A stretch of DNA of 64,000 nucleotides from a virus (IMGVR_UViG_3300011202_000010:114589-178588); one strand, 5' to 3'; numbered from the stretch's first letter, positions 49,388-58,198 are shown. Numbers and translations are program-made. Notes: a model not told the origin generated them from the sequence alone.

Positions 49388-50308
49388 TCATAAAAATTGA
49401 CCACATGCTGATTTTATTTCTGCTCCTGATGAATGTTGGATTTTCATCTTAGGTATGAAAGTTTTTAAATCACTCACAATTTCTTTCAATTTGATGCTTT
49501 CTTTAGTGCCATTATCAGGAGCGTTATAGCGCAATATACGAAATTCTGTGGCTACATCTATATTTTTGCTTAACAAATCTTTTAGAGAGCGAATATCAGA
49601 AATATTATCATTCACATTATTGATAAACATATGATGAACAATGAAATCTACATTATTAGTTTTACACCATTCTGATATAGCACTCATCGCTTTATCTGGA
49701 GATCGTGAGTTTGGTATTAAGTTTTCTCTTGTCGTATTTGAAGCACTATGTAAAGAATAAAAAAGACGTAAAGCACTACCATTATGCTTTGGATTTAATT
49801 CTATGTTATTAAGCGTTTTATTTAGCTCAGAAAAATCTTTTTTCCATTTATTTGTTTTAGGATAAGTTGTTGCGATATCTACACCATCTAATCCTACAGC
49901 AAGTTTCTGTTCTAAAACTTGTTTAACGATTTCTTTTGTTGCTTCTTTGACTTTTTCACTATATGTTAATGGTTCACCCGACCCCATCCAACATAATTTA
50001 ATAAACTTATTTTTTATTTCTGGTGTGAGTTCAGCTTGTTTTTTAATAGCTTCCATTACATTAGATATAATTTGTTCCGTTGATAGTTCTTTATGTTCTA
50101 TATTATTGGTTGTAATATGACAAAACTTACATGACATTAAGCAACCTACACTTCCAGAAATCACTATGCTGTATTTATTGTTATCTTTATGTTGTAAATT
50201 TAAGTTTTCATCATATTGACCTGATAAGGCTAACTTGATTGATGTTTCAGCACCATTATCATGAAGGTATTTTGTTACTTTTTTATCTTGGGTTTGAATA
50301 TGTTTCAT
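49388..50308 (-). CDS. RlmN/Cfr-family radical SAM RNA methyltransferase-like protein (306 aa from MKHIQ), N-terminally short
   Basis: GGAGCA SD before the internal ATG. Radical SAM CLMSCKFC (Cx3Cx2C). C-terminal ...SACGQFL matches the RlmN/Cfr catalytic-Cys motif (AACGQL). Confidence 0.6.
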   Translation of the reverse strand: MKHIQTQDKKVTKYLHDNGAETSIKLALSGQYDENLNLQHKDNNKYSIVISGSVGCLMSCKFCHITTNNIEHKELSTEQIISNVMEAIKKQAELTPEIKNKFIKLCWMGSGEPLTYSEKVKEATKEIVKQVLEQKLAVGLDGVDIATTYPKTNKWKKDFSELNKTLNNIELNPKHNGSALRLFYSLHSASNTTRENLIPNSRSPDKAMSAISEWCKTNNVDFIVHHMFINNVNDNISDIRSLKDLLSKNIDVATEFRILRYNAPDNGTKESIKLKEIVSDLKTFIPKMKIQHSSGAEIKSACGQFL

Positions 50309-50410
50309 TGATTTGCTCCAAATATTGAGGGGGATAATATATAATAAATCGCCTGTATATATTAACAATATCTGAATGAGGCAGTGTTGATTTCGATCAA
50401 TCTTTTACAC

Positions 50411-50440
50411 AAATAAAAAAGAGGATTTCTCCTCTTTTTA
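50411..50440 (-). terminator. Intrinsic terminator
   Basis: AGAGGATTTCTCCTCT hairpin followed by TTTTAC. Confidence 0.55.
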
Positions 50441-50445
50441 CTATT

Positions 50446-50841
50446 TTAATAACGGTGTGCTAAAATGATAGAATCTAAAATTAGCTTCTTGTTATTAGAA
50501 TTTATTTTATATGCTTTATATTTCGACCATAGCCATAAAAATATACTATTATTAGCGACAACTTCTTCACCACTTGTTATTTTTAGGCCGACAGGTCTAA
50601 AAAATGAATAATTGCCAAATTTAATATGATTCCCTTTTTCATCTTCAAGAAGAAAATTAAGAGACAGTTCAAAATCTGAAATTTCCTTGATTTTAAACTC
50701 ATGCCCTACTTGAAATGTAATAACATCTATTTCTGCCGAAGGGCTTTTTACTGTTATTGGATAAATAAGATAAACCTTATCACCTACTTTGTAGTCCGTT
50801 TCTTCTACTGACCAAAATTTAATATCTTTATTAATATTCAT
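50446..50841 (-). CDS. Hypothetical protein (131 aa)
   Basis: ORF. Confidence 0.5.
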   Translation of the reverse strand: MNINKDIKFWSVEETDYKVGDKVYLIYPITVKSPSAEIDVITFQVGHEFKIKEISDFELSLNFLLEDEKGNHIKFGNYSFFRPVGLKITSGEEVVANNSIFLWLWSKYKAYKINSNNKKLILDSIILAHRY

Positions 50842-50882
50842 GGATTCTCCAATTTCTAATAAAAATTATAAATACAAAGCTC

Positions 50883-51230
50883 TTAACCAAATACACAAGG
50901 AAAATCAGGATGATTAAGTCCGGGAACTTTATCTTCTGTTAAACCAACAGCTTTAGCCAGAACAGTACAGGCATGAGCAACATCAACTTCATTAGAGGAG
51001 GTAAACTCTACCATCAACCAATCATTAGAATTACCCTGAATGAACGGTTTAGCTCCAGAACAATCATGAATTTTAAGGGCAACAAAAATCTCGGTTTTTT
51101 GTTCTTCTGTTAAGCCTTGAAACTGGATATTGGTTAACTTATCGCAATACTCAAGACGACCAAAAACAGCAGCATGAGGCTGACCAACAACAACAGCAGA
51201 AGGACGAATCAACTTTTCCATTTTTATCAC
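50883..51230 (-). CDS. Hypothetical protein (115 aa)
   Basis: ORF. Confidence 0.5.
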   Translation of the reverse strand: MIKMEKLIRPSAVVVGQPHAAVFGRLEYCDKLTNIQFQGLTEEQKTEIFVALKIHDCSGAKPFIQGNSNDWLMVEFTSSNEVDVAHACTVLAKAVGLTEDKVPGLNHPDFPCVFG

Positions 51231-51281
51231 CTATATTTATTTATTGTTGTCATTATAAAAGAAAGCTTTATCTAAATCAAG

Positions 51282-51476
51282 TTAAACTTTATGCTCTTTT
51301 ATTGAAGGGCAAAAAGCTGAAACAACAATAAAAAATGCTGCATAAATAAAACTTAGCATCGCTAATAAAAAAGATAGCATATGAGGAATAACATTTTCGG
51401 TTGGGCGAACAAAAGGCAAGTCCGTATTATACATGAAGATGGCTAGGTACATCACTGACAATAAGAAAAGCTTCAT
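51282..51476 (-). CDS. Small membrane protein (64 aa)
   Basis: Two TM helices. TTGTGC-N17-TATAAT promoter at 51505-51533. Confidence 0.45.
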   Translation of the reverse strand: MKLFLLSVMYLAIFMYNTDLPFVRPTENVIPHMLSFLLAMLSFIYAAFFIVVSAFCPSIKEHKV

Positions 51477-51504
51477 TTTATGTCTCCAAAAGGTTTATGA
51501 AGCT

Positions 51505-51533
51505 ATTATACTATGATGTTTTGTTATGCACAA
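51505..51533 (-). promoter_or_regulatory. Promoter TTGTGCAT-N-TATAAT (17-nt spacer)
   Basis: TTGTGCATAACAAAACATCATAGTATAAT; drives 51282-51476. Confidence 0.55.
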
Positions 51534-51535
51534 GT

Positions 51536-51772
51536 TTATTCGATGATGATTGAAACTCTTTCAGAATGGAATGTTAAAAGATATTGAACTCGTTTATCGT
51601 TTAGATTAAGCTCTTTACCATTTTTAACTTCTTCATAAAACTGTCCATTCATTCCGGGATGAGCTTCACCAGCATCATAACCAAATTGTTCATAATAATC
51701 TTCGTTTGAACGAATAAAACTTTCAATTTGTTCAAGTAATTCTTTTTTGTTTGCGCGTAACTTTATACTCAT
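51536..51772 (-). CDS. Hypothetical protein (78 aa)
   Basis: ORF. Confidence 0.45.
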   Translation of the reverse strand: MSIKLRANKKELLEQIESFIRSNEDYYEQFGYDAGEAHPGMNGQFYEEVKNGKELNLNDKRVQYLLTFHSERVSIIIE

Positions 51773-51788
51773 TTTTGTTATCCTTATT

Positions 51789-51822
51789 ATTAAAAAAGCT
51801 ACCCGTAAGTAGCTCTATATTT
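51789..51822. terminator. Intrinsic terminator
   Basis: AGCTACCCGTAAGTAGCT hairpin flanked by A and T runs. Confidence 0.55.
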
Positions 51823-51825
51823 TTA

Positions 51826-52077
51826 TTATTCTCTTCTTCCGATAAACAATTCTACACGACCATAGTAAGGTTTATCTTTGAAATAATCAGAAGTATAACT
51901 TACCACTTCAAATGTTTCATCGTAAGCACCTTCTTTCGATGGTTTGACCATCATATCGACAACCTCAATATTACCACCTTGATCGTAATGCCCTGATCCA
52001 CTAGTATGGCTAATACAAGTAACAACAGCTTCTTGAGGCTGTGTCTTCAACCATTCAATCAATTCCGCAACTGTCAT
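51826..52077 (-). CDS. Hypothetical protein (83 aa from MTVAELIEWLK)
   Basis: GAGGTAA SD before the internal ATG. A promoter at 52112-52140 places the TSS downstream of the longer ORF's start. Confidence 0.5.
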   Translation of the reverse strand: MTVAELIEWLKTQPQEAVVTCISHTSGSGHYDQGGNIEVVDMMVKPSKEGAYDETFEVVSYTSDYFKDKPYYGRVELFIGRRE

Positions 52078-52111
52078 TTTGATTACCTCACTATGCAAAT
52101 TTTATAAGATC

Positions 52112-52140
52112 AGTATAGCAGGAATAGATATAATGCACAA
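52112..52140 (-). promoter_or_regulatory. Promoter TTGTGCAT-N-TATACT (17-nt spacer)
   Basis: TTGTGCATTATATCTATTCCTGCTATACT; drives 51826-52077. Confidence 0.5.
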
Positions 52141-52154
52141 CTTATTGTTATATA

Positions 52155-52295
52155 TTATTTTGTTAATTTTGCTAAAGCATTATCACGACGAACTTGGGCG
52201 CGAATTTGATCTCCATAGCTTTTTGAAGATTTCACATCTTCATCATATTGATCAAGGATTTCTTTTTTTGTTAAAACTGTTTTATTTTCTGACAT
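52155..52295 (-). CDS. Small protein (46 aa, MSENKTVLTKKEILDQYDEDVKSSKSYGDQIRAQVRRDNALAKLTK)
   Basis: GAGGAAATAAAT-ATG. Paralogue of 52362-52538 (SYG..R..RRD.AL.KL). Not in the ORF track. Confidence 0.45.
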   Translation of the reverse strand: MSENKTVLTKKEILDQYDEDVKSSKSYGDQIRAQVRRDNALAKLTK

Positions 52296-52361
52296 ATTTA
52301 TTTCCTCATTAAATTGTTTAAGTATGGTTATGGTGCATTATTTATATATTAGTACAATATT

Positions 52362-52538
52362 TTATTTAGAGCGTTGGTAAGATGGAAGCTTTTTCAATGC
52401 TTCATCTCTACGATGTTTTGCCCAATGTTCTTCACCATAAGATTTTGCCTTAACTGATTCTTCCATATATTTATTATGGATTTTTCTTTCTTCTGGTGTG
52501 TATGGAGCACGATAATCTCCGGTAGCATCATAAAACAT
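52362..52538 (-). CDS. Small protein (58 aa, MFYDATGDYRAPYTPEERKIHNKYMEESVKAKSYGEEHWAKHRRDEALKKLPSYQRSK)
   Basis: Paralogue of 52155-52295. Not in the ORF track. Confidence 0.4.
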   Translation of the reverse strand: MFYDATGDYRAPYTPEERKIHNKYMEESVKAKSYGEEHWAKHRRDEALKKLPSYQRSK

Positions 52539-52550
52539 ATATACCCCTCT

Positions 52551-52596
52551 GATTTATTCCAATGATTTATTCCAATGATTTATTCCAATGATTTTT
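52551..52596. repeat. 13-bp tandem direct repeat (GATTTATTCCAAT x3.5)
   Basis: Read directly. Lies in the 5' leader and promoter region of sORF 52362-52538. Confidence 0.8.
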
Positions 52597-52679
52597 CTCA
52601 TTTTATCAAAATTTATTGCTTATATTTTTACCTTAAAGCAATTTTTTATTGATTATATAATTTTATGCCATCAGTTACA

Positions 52680-52710
52680 ATAAAAAAGCCTCCGAAGAGG
52701 CTTCTATTAT
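52680..52710. terminator. Intrinsic terminator
   Basis: AGCCTCCGAAGAGGCT hairpin with an A-run before and T-rich sequence after. Confidence 0.55.
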
Positions 52711-54593
52711 TTATATTTTTTATACAACTCTATATGCTGACTTAAAAAATCATCTTGATACATGATTTCCACATCATTTCCTTTATCTACCAAAATAGGT
52801 GTCATGAATCCCATAACATTAGCTAATCCCAAGCTGCTTACACGCTCTAATACTTCTTTATGCACTAATGGGTTAACTTTAGTTCCATATGCTTCTACAA
52901 GCTTTTTAGCCGCTTCAAAATCGCCTTCTGATTTAATACGCTGAATCTCAGATAAAAGAACTCCAACAAGTGTTCTTACATATTCAAGATCGTTAACTTC
53001 AATATAAAAGCGACCATCTTTTGTAACCATTGCCATTTTATCTTTTTCAGCATGATCTAACAGCCATGTTGAAATAATTTGACGATTCCTAAAATGCGCT
53101 TGCGTTAGATCATTCCCTAACTTGATTCTTCTTAGCTGACCAATAGCACCATTTGTAAAATATGCGATATATTTAGCTAGAGCTGCATCTTTTACATCCA
53201 CATCTTGAGCAAACACACCGATTTCTTTCAATTTCTCATCAGGAATATAATAAAGTGCTACTAGATCTGCTCGACATTCTTCAATTACAGAATAATAGGT
53301 TGAAAGAACATCGGTATTAACACCATCTAACACTTTGCCCGACCCATGACCCGCAATTTCATGTAGATCTGTATGAAGAACACCTGTTTCATTACCATAA
53401 CGCTTAATTAAAGCTTGATACTTATCAAGATAAAGCGCCTTCATTAATGGAACATCATAAGTATTCCTTGAAGAATCAACATTAGCTAACGTAACTGATT
53501 TAGATCCATGTTTTTTGCGAATCCAATCACTGTTTGGTAAATTAATGCCAAGAGGTAATACAGGAGATGGATCACCTGCCATTGAAATAACATTAATAGA
53601 ACTTGCCGATAAACCAACAGCTTTATCTTTTTTAAATTTACTATCAAATGGCAAGTTATTTTCAAACCATTGAATATTTTCAATAATCTTTTCAACTTTT
53701 GCCGTTTGTGATGGATCTTTAAATGCAACTATGCTTTCAAAATTACAAGCAATACCTAAAGGATCTTTATAGGACTCAATCAAGCCATTTACAAAATAAA
53801 TAGAACTTTCTTTATCTTTTGTCCATGCTACACAATGTTTATCAAAATCAGCAGCATCACCCGTTTTATAAAATTGAATTAGTGTTTCAATTGATTCTTT
53901 TTGTTGTTCATTCTCACTATAGAAAAGTGCTTTTTCAAGCTCTTTAATAATTTTTCCAACATAATGAGCATAAAGACCAACAGAACTAATTACTTGACGA
54001 TCAATTGAACCATCACTATTTTTTACGAGTCTTTCATTAAATCCATAAGGAGGAATTTCATCACCCTCTACTTTTGGATAGACCTCCTCACGGAACTGCT
54101 TCACTTCATCAGTTGTTAGACCTACATAAAAGTTAGCACCAGATTCTTTAACAACATCGACACCATCTTTTTGAACTGTTCTATAGTGAGGCATTAGATC
54201 TTTGCTAAATAGAATTTCTTCTACAGCTTTAGCAGCAGTAAAAGTTTCAATTGTATCTTTGATTTTCCTAAGTTCTTCCAACTGAATTGGAAAATCAAGA
54301 CGCTCACCTGTTGTTGTATGGTAAACACCACCATGAGCAAAAAATGTGAAAAGAGTATCTCGCAACTGTTCCCATACTTTTTCTTCATGATTAACTTCTT
54401 CAAATAGAAAAATCAGATTATCAAGTAGACGAATATTATAAGCTGACGCTTGGTGAAGAGAAATAACCTTACCCCACATACCTGCTTCTGATAGATGATA
54501 TACCAGCTTTTTCTTTTTCAAATCCATATCAGAAAAACCTGTAGTATCTAGTTTTACAATTGCAATATCATTTAAACGTTCTGAATAAGTCAT
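52707..54593 (-). CDS. M49-family zinc metallopeptidase (dipeptidyl-peptidase III-like), 628 aa
   Basis: HEIAGHGSG (the HExxGH variant characteristic of DPP III) and downstream EECRADL (the EECRAE second zinc-ligand motif). Confidence 0.65.
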   Translation of the reverse strand: MTYSERLNDIAIVKLDTTGFSDMDLKKKKLVYHLSEAGMWGKVISLHQASAYNIRLLDNLIFLFEEVNHEEKVWEQLRDTLFTFFAHGGVYHTTTGERLDFPIQLEELRKIKDTIETFTAAKAVEEILFSKDLMPHYRTVQKDGVDVVKESGANFYVGLTTDEVKQFREEVYPKVEGDEIPPYGFNERLVKNSDGSIDRQVISSVGLYAHYVGKIIKELEKALFYSENEQQKESIETLIQFYKTGDAADFDKHCVAWTKDKESSIYFVNGLIESYKDPLGIACNFESIVAFKDPSQTAKVEKIIENIQWFENNLPFDSKFKKDKAVGLSASSINVISMAGDPSPVLPLGINLPNSDWIRKKHGSKSVTLANVDSSRNTYDVPLMKALYLDKYQALIKRYGNETGVLHTDLHEIAGHGSGKVLDGVNTDVLSTYYSVIEECRADLVALYYIPDEKLKEIGVFAQDVDVKDAALAKYIAYFTNGAIGQLRRIKLGNDLTQAHFRNRQIISTWLLDHAEKDKMAMVTKDGRFYIEVNDLEYVRTLVGVLLSEIQRIKSEGDFEAAKKLVEAYGTKVNPLVHKEVLERVSSLGLANVMGFMTPILVDKGNDVEIMYQDDFLSQHIELYKKYK

Positions 54594-54729
54594 ACTTTCT
54601 CCTTTAAAATTTAGTTAAATATACCATAAAGACCTTTTAATGAAAACCTTTTTTTATTCATATATTATGTTGATTTTCATTACTAATTTTATCTATAATG
54701 TAGATATCTTTCATTTCATAAGGAAACAT

Positions 54730-55098
54730 ATGTCTAGACCTTATAGAGCAGTAAGTTTTAGAGGCTTAAAAATTGTTGCCTATGGCAATAAACCTATGTC
54801 TATTAATGACAGTCCGATGTTTGTTGACGGGGAATATGTTGACAATAATTTAAATATCTATGACTCATATGTAGATAGGCATGGTTCAAGTAGAGTAAGA
54901 TGTTATAGCTCTTGGTCTCAAGCAGAATCTGTAGCAGATTCATGGAATGATGCCTATGAAGAAAACGAAAGGGAAGAACGCATTAAACAAGAGCAGCGAA
55001 GAAAAGCTTATGAAGCAGCAAAAGCTGAAAGAAAACGAAAAATCAAAGCTTTTATTTCAAAGATTAGGAATATATTTAAGAATAAAAGAGCGGCCTAA
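54730..55098 (+). CDS. Hypothetical protein (122 aa from MSRPYRAV), basic KR-rich C-terminus
   Basis: AAGGAAACAT-ATG SD. Terminator at 55084-55110. Confidence 0.5.
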   Translation: MSRPYRAVSFRGLKIVAYGNKPMSINDSPMFVDGEYVDNNLNIYDSYVDRHGSSRVRCYSSWSQAESVADSWNDAYEENEREERIKQEQRRKAYEAAKAERKRKIKAFISKIRNIFKNKRAA

Positions 55099-55110
55099 CC
55101 GCTCTTTTAT
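55084..55110. terminator. Bidirectional intrinsic terminator
   Basis: AGAGCGGCCTAACCGCTCT hairpin. Confidence 0.6.
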
Positions 55111-55114
55111 TAAT

Positions 55115-55297
55115 TTAATAATTATCTATATCTATCCATTCATCAATTAAAATTTGAGTTGTATTACTATCAAATCCTTTTCCTGACATAGAATATTGGG
55201 GACTACTTACCAAATCTAGATCTATATTTTCATCTTGTTTTTTAGATTTTATGTTGCAGGACGAACCTGCCTCACACTCTCCCCATAAATCAATCAT
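55115..55297 (-). CDS. Small acidic hypothetical protein (60 aa)
   Basis: ORF only. Confidence 0.3.
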   Translation of the reverse strand: MIDLWGECEAGSSCNIKSKKQDENIDLDLVSSPQYSMSGKGFDSNTTQILIDEWIDIDNY

Positions 55298-55422
55298 ATG
55301 AATCTCCTATTTTAAGATTATAGATATTTTATCTTTATAGCTTTTTATAATCAACAAAAATATTTAAAATTTGCCTAACAACTTTTGTATGTATATATTA
55401 AAAACAAAAACGGAGGGATTTT

Positions 55423-56376
55423 ATGTTTAATCTTACAGATATATTACAAATCATGGATAATCGTAGCAGAGAGTTTGAAGGTCTTAGAGAAGATCAGGTA
55501 TTTATGTTTGATGCTTCTGCAGAAGAAATTATTAACAGGATGAAAAAGAGAACATTATTTGGATTAAAGAAACCAGCACTATTGGATTTTAACGTAAAAA
55601 CCAATAGTGGATTTACTCCTTTTATGAAAACAGATGAACTTGAAAAAATTAAACTTTTTATTGAGAATGATGCCAATATCAACTCACTTGATATGAATGG
55701 TGAAAATGCTTTATTTCATCATACCCACAGTATTGATAATACTTCTTATTTATTAGAAAAAGGTATAAATGTTAATCAAAGTAATAAGAATAGAAAAAAT
55801 ATTTTAGATAAACATCACTTTACTTTTGATGATGATGAAAGAATAGCTGAACTTTATGTAAAATACGGAATAGATATTCATAGAGTTAATTCTAAAACTC
55901 AAAGAAATGCACTATTTACATTAGATTATAAAAAAGGCTTATTTCTGGTTAAACATGGTATAAATATTCATCAAGTAGATAAGCATGGAAGAAATATGCT
56001 TTTTTATTTAGACAGCAATGATAAAGATGGAAGTCTAGAATTAATGAATACTCTCATTGAAAAAGGTATAAATGTTAATCAGGTAGATGAATGTGGACGA
56101 AATGCTTTATTTGGTGCTGGTGCTGATTTAGAAAAAGCTAAATTACTTATAGCAGCAGGTATAAATATTCATCAGATTGATAACGAAGGTAAAAGTGCTC
56201 TAGAATATACGTATTGGGATGATAATGAAAGATTGTTATTTTCACATGGCATAAAAGATAGAGAATATGATGAAACGTTTACTAAAGCTAAAATGGCTCC
56301 ATTTATGAGAGGTCATAGGTCTGGTAATTATGAGAAGCTTTTTCATCAAGAACCCAAACTTAGTTTTAACTATTAA
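55423..56376 (+). CDS. Ankyrin-repeat protein (317 aa, about 6 repeats)
   Basis: ACGGAGGG SD. Repeated G-x-NALF-x(n)-LIEKGINVNQ units, e.g. GRNALFGAGADLEKAKLLIAAGINIHQIDNEGKSALEY. Confidence 0.6.
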   Translation: MFNLTDILQIMDNRSREFEGLREDQVFMFDASAEEIINRMKKRTLFGLKKPALLDFNVKTNSGFTPFMKTDELEKIKLFIENDANINSLDMNGENALFHHTHSIDNTSYLLEKGINVNQSNKNRKNILDKHHFTFDDDERIAELYVKYGIDIHRVNSKTQRNALFTLDYKKGLFLVKHGINIHQVDKHGRNMLFYLDSNDKDGSLELMNTLIEKGINVNQVDECGRNALFGAGADLEKAKLLIAAGINIHQIDNEGKSALEYTYWDDNERLLFSHGIKDREYDETFTKAKMAPFMRGHRSGNYEKLFHQEPKLSFNY

Positions 56377-56381
56377 ATAAA

Positions 56382-56457
56382 TGGTGCATTCGGTAGGATT
56401 TGAACCTACGACACCCGGATCTTCAATCCAGTGCTCTACCAACTGAGCTACAAATGC
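56382..56457 (-). tRNA. tRNA-Phe (anticodon GAA), 76 nt with encoded CCA
   Basis: Cloverleaf read by hand: acceptor GCATTTG/CGAATGC, anticodon stem CTGGA/TCCGG with loop TTGAAGA, T-arm GTAGGTTCAAATCCTAC. Confidence 0.8.
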
Positions 56458-56591
56458 ATTAGGCTTACTAGGTCAGGTGTTGTATCGGCCCACCTCTTAA
56501 ACGATAATAGGAAAGTCTGGTTTTTCTCCAAACGTGCTATTACCTTTTACGCCCACTCTTAGTCATCGGGCGCGACCTAATAAGTTTCATG

Positions 56592-56667
56592 TGGTTTCTG
56601 TAGGACTTGAACCTACACTCATAGCGGAACCCTGCCGCTACTGCTCTACCAATTGAGCCAAGAAACC
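56592..56667 (-). tRNA. Atypical tRNA or tRNA-like; nominal anticodon GGG (Pro) but non-canonical loop
   Basis: Perfect acceptor GGTTTCT/AGAAACC and T-arm GTAGGTTCAAGTCCTAC. The anticodon hairpin AGCGG-CAGGGTT-CCGCT has A33 and U37. Three extra nt between the D and anticodon stems. No encoded CCA. Confidence 0.45.
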
Positions 56668-56742
56668 AAAATATCTTATAACATCTTCTTTGTTAACGAG
56701 ATAAAGATAATAACAATATTTTTTATGATAAACAACTCTTTT

Positions 56743-57303
56743 TTAATAAAAAGAGAAAGAAATCGTTGAGCTTACACCAGCAGAATTACATGCTGTAGCA
56801 GCATTCGCTATATTCCAATCTATATTCGATATATCGCTTTTCACTATGCTTCCGCCAATATTGATTATTGACATACTTGGAGCAACTGCAGCAACAAGTT
56901 TTACGCAAGCATCTTGAGGGACATTCGCATAACCTATATTAAATACAACCTTTCCATATGAAGCATAGTTAGTTGCTGATAGAGTTACTTTACCTTTAAA
57001 ACCATTAACAACATCTACTACAGAGCTTCCACTCTTCACTAACATATTATCAGGAAATATTTGTGCATTGATTCCTACTGTATTGTTAACCGTTGTTATA
57101 TCTGTTGTTGCTGAATATAATGATAACAAGCCTCCCCTTATTGTAGCTATGTTTTTAGATTCAGCATCCACTATTTGAGAGGTTCTTACTTTGGGATAAA
57201 CTATAAAAGCGGCAACAATTAAAGCAGCTATTATACCTAAAACAAGCAATAACTCTAATAATGAAAAACCCTTTCTTCTTTTTATTTCTGAAATCTTACT
57301 CAT
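56743..57303 (-). CDS. Type IV pilin-like protein (186 aa)
   Basis: MSKISEIKRRKGFSLLELLLVLGIIAALIVAAFIVYPKV. Paralogue of 23255-23821. Confidence 0.8.
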   Translation of the reverse strand: MSKISEIKRRKGFSLLELLLVLGIIAALIVAAFIVYPKVRTSQIVDAESKNIATIRGGLLSLYSATTDITTVNNTVGINAQIFPDNMLVKSGSSVVDVVNGFKGKVTLSATNYASYGKVVFNIGYANVPQDACVKLVAAVAPSMSIINIGGSIVKSDISNIDWNIANAATACNSAGVSSTISFSFY

Positions 57304-57526
57304 ATTATTTAGCGCTCCTTATTATTAATTTTAGTAACAGTTAAGTTACAAAGTTACAACAATAAGGAAATAATAAAAGTTTTATGCCAACAAAAAATTG
57401 TTTCTGGATGTTTTTTGACATTTTTTGATCAAAAATAAATTTTATAGATCATTTCACCTTTTATATATGTATACTTAAAATACATTTTTATTTGTGGTAT
57501 AATGTATGTTTTATTGAGAGGCCAAA

Positions 57527-57766
57527 ATGAGAAATATACAAATCAAAAAACAAGATTTTAAACATACATCAATTTTACATTATCTGTTAGATAAAGGTGT
57601 TATTGTTAATTTTCATTGTCTCGATGGATTTTGTGGAACTTGCCATAGCAAATTAATTTCTGGTGAGGTTTTATTCATTAAAGACGAAATTGGTTTTAAA
57701 GCTAAAGAAGAGTTTTTACTTTGTTGTGCCGTTCCTAAAACAGATATTGAGATATCTATTTACTAA
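57527..57766 (+). CDS. YfaE-like [2Fe-2S] ferredoxin (79 aa)
   Basis: CLDGFCGTC (CxxGxCGxC), ...LCCAVPKTDIEISIY. Collinear with E. coli YfaE (CREGYCGSC ... PCCCRAKGDIEIEM). Confidence 0.65.
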   Translation: MRNIQIKKQDFKHTSILHYLLDKGVIVNFHCLDGFCGTCHSKLISGEVLFIKDEIGFKAKEEFLLCCAVPKTDIEISIY

Positions 57767-57770
57767 TTTT

Positions 57771-57845
57771 TGGTGTCCCGTGCAGGAATCGAACCTGCAA
57801 CTACTTCTTAGGAGGAAGTCGTTATATCCATTTAACTAACAGGAC
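57771..57845 (-). tRNA. tRNA-Arg (anticodon CCU), 75 nt with CCA
   Basis: Acceptor GTCCTGT/ACGGGAC, anticodon stem ACTTC/GAAGT with loop CTCCTAA, T-arm GCAGGTTCGATTCCTGC. Confidence 0.7.
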
Positions 57846-57877
57846 ATTAGCACCAATCTCTTGATGCTATTTTGTTT

Positions 57878-58198
57878 TTATTTGATAAATACACACTCTG
57901 ATTTATCAACTTTAGCAAAGATCATGGATGTAGCTTCTGGAACCATTGTTAACTCAACCAGATCGCCCATAACATCAAGAACAATAACGGACTTGAAATC
58001 AACCGCATTAATATTGCTACTTAAGTTGATTTGAGATAAAACATCAGTAATCTTCTGACTTTCTTCCCTTAGATCGTCATCATTACTATCATTCGCATCT
58101 TCTGTTCGAGAAACATATGCCGATTGAACAGCCGTTGTAAAAAAGTTTTTAAAAAAATGAGTAAGTTTTTCGTTATGAATTAATTTCTGAACCATCAT
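57878..58198 (-). CDS. Hypothetical protein (106 aa)
   Basis: ORF overlapping the upstream gene by 4 nt. Confidence 0.5.
   Translation of the reverse strand: MMVQKLIHNEKLTHFFKNFFTTAVQSAYVSRTEDANDSNDDDLREESQKITDVLSQINLSSNINAVDFKSVIVLDVMGDLVELTMVPEATSMIFAKVDKSECVFIK

Noticed and set aside
56242-56442. ORF-track entries 56242-56442(-), 60349-60543(+) and 60448-60666(-)
   Set aside because: They run through tRNA genes (Phe, Met, Leu and the tRNA-like element), have relatively high GC and no SD. Spurious.
56505-56520. AGGAAAGTCTGG resembling the RNase P RNA P4 motif (GGAAAGUCCGG)
   Set aside because: The spacer between the flanking tRNAs is only about 130 nt, far too short for RNase P RNA. I could not find the complementary P4 strand or other conserved regions.
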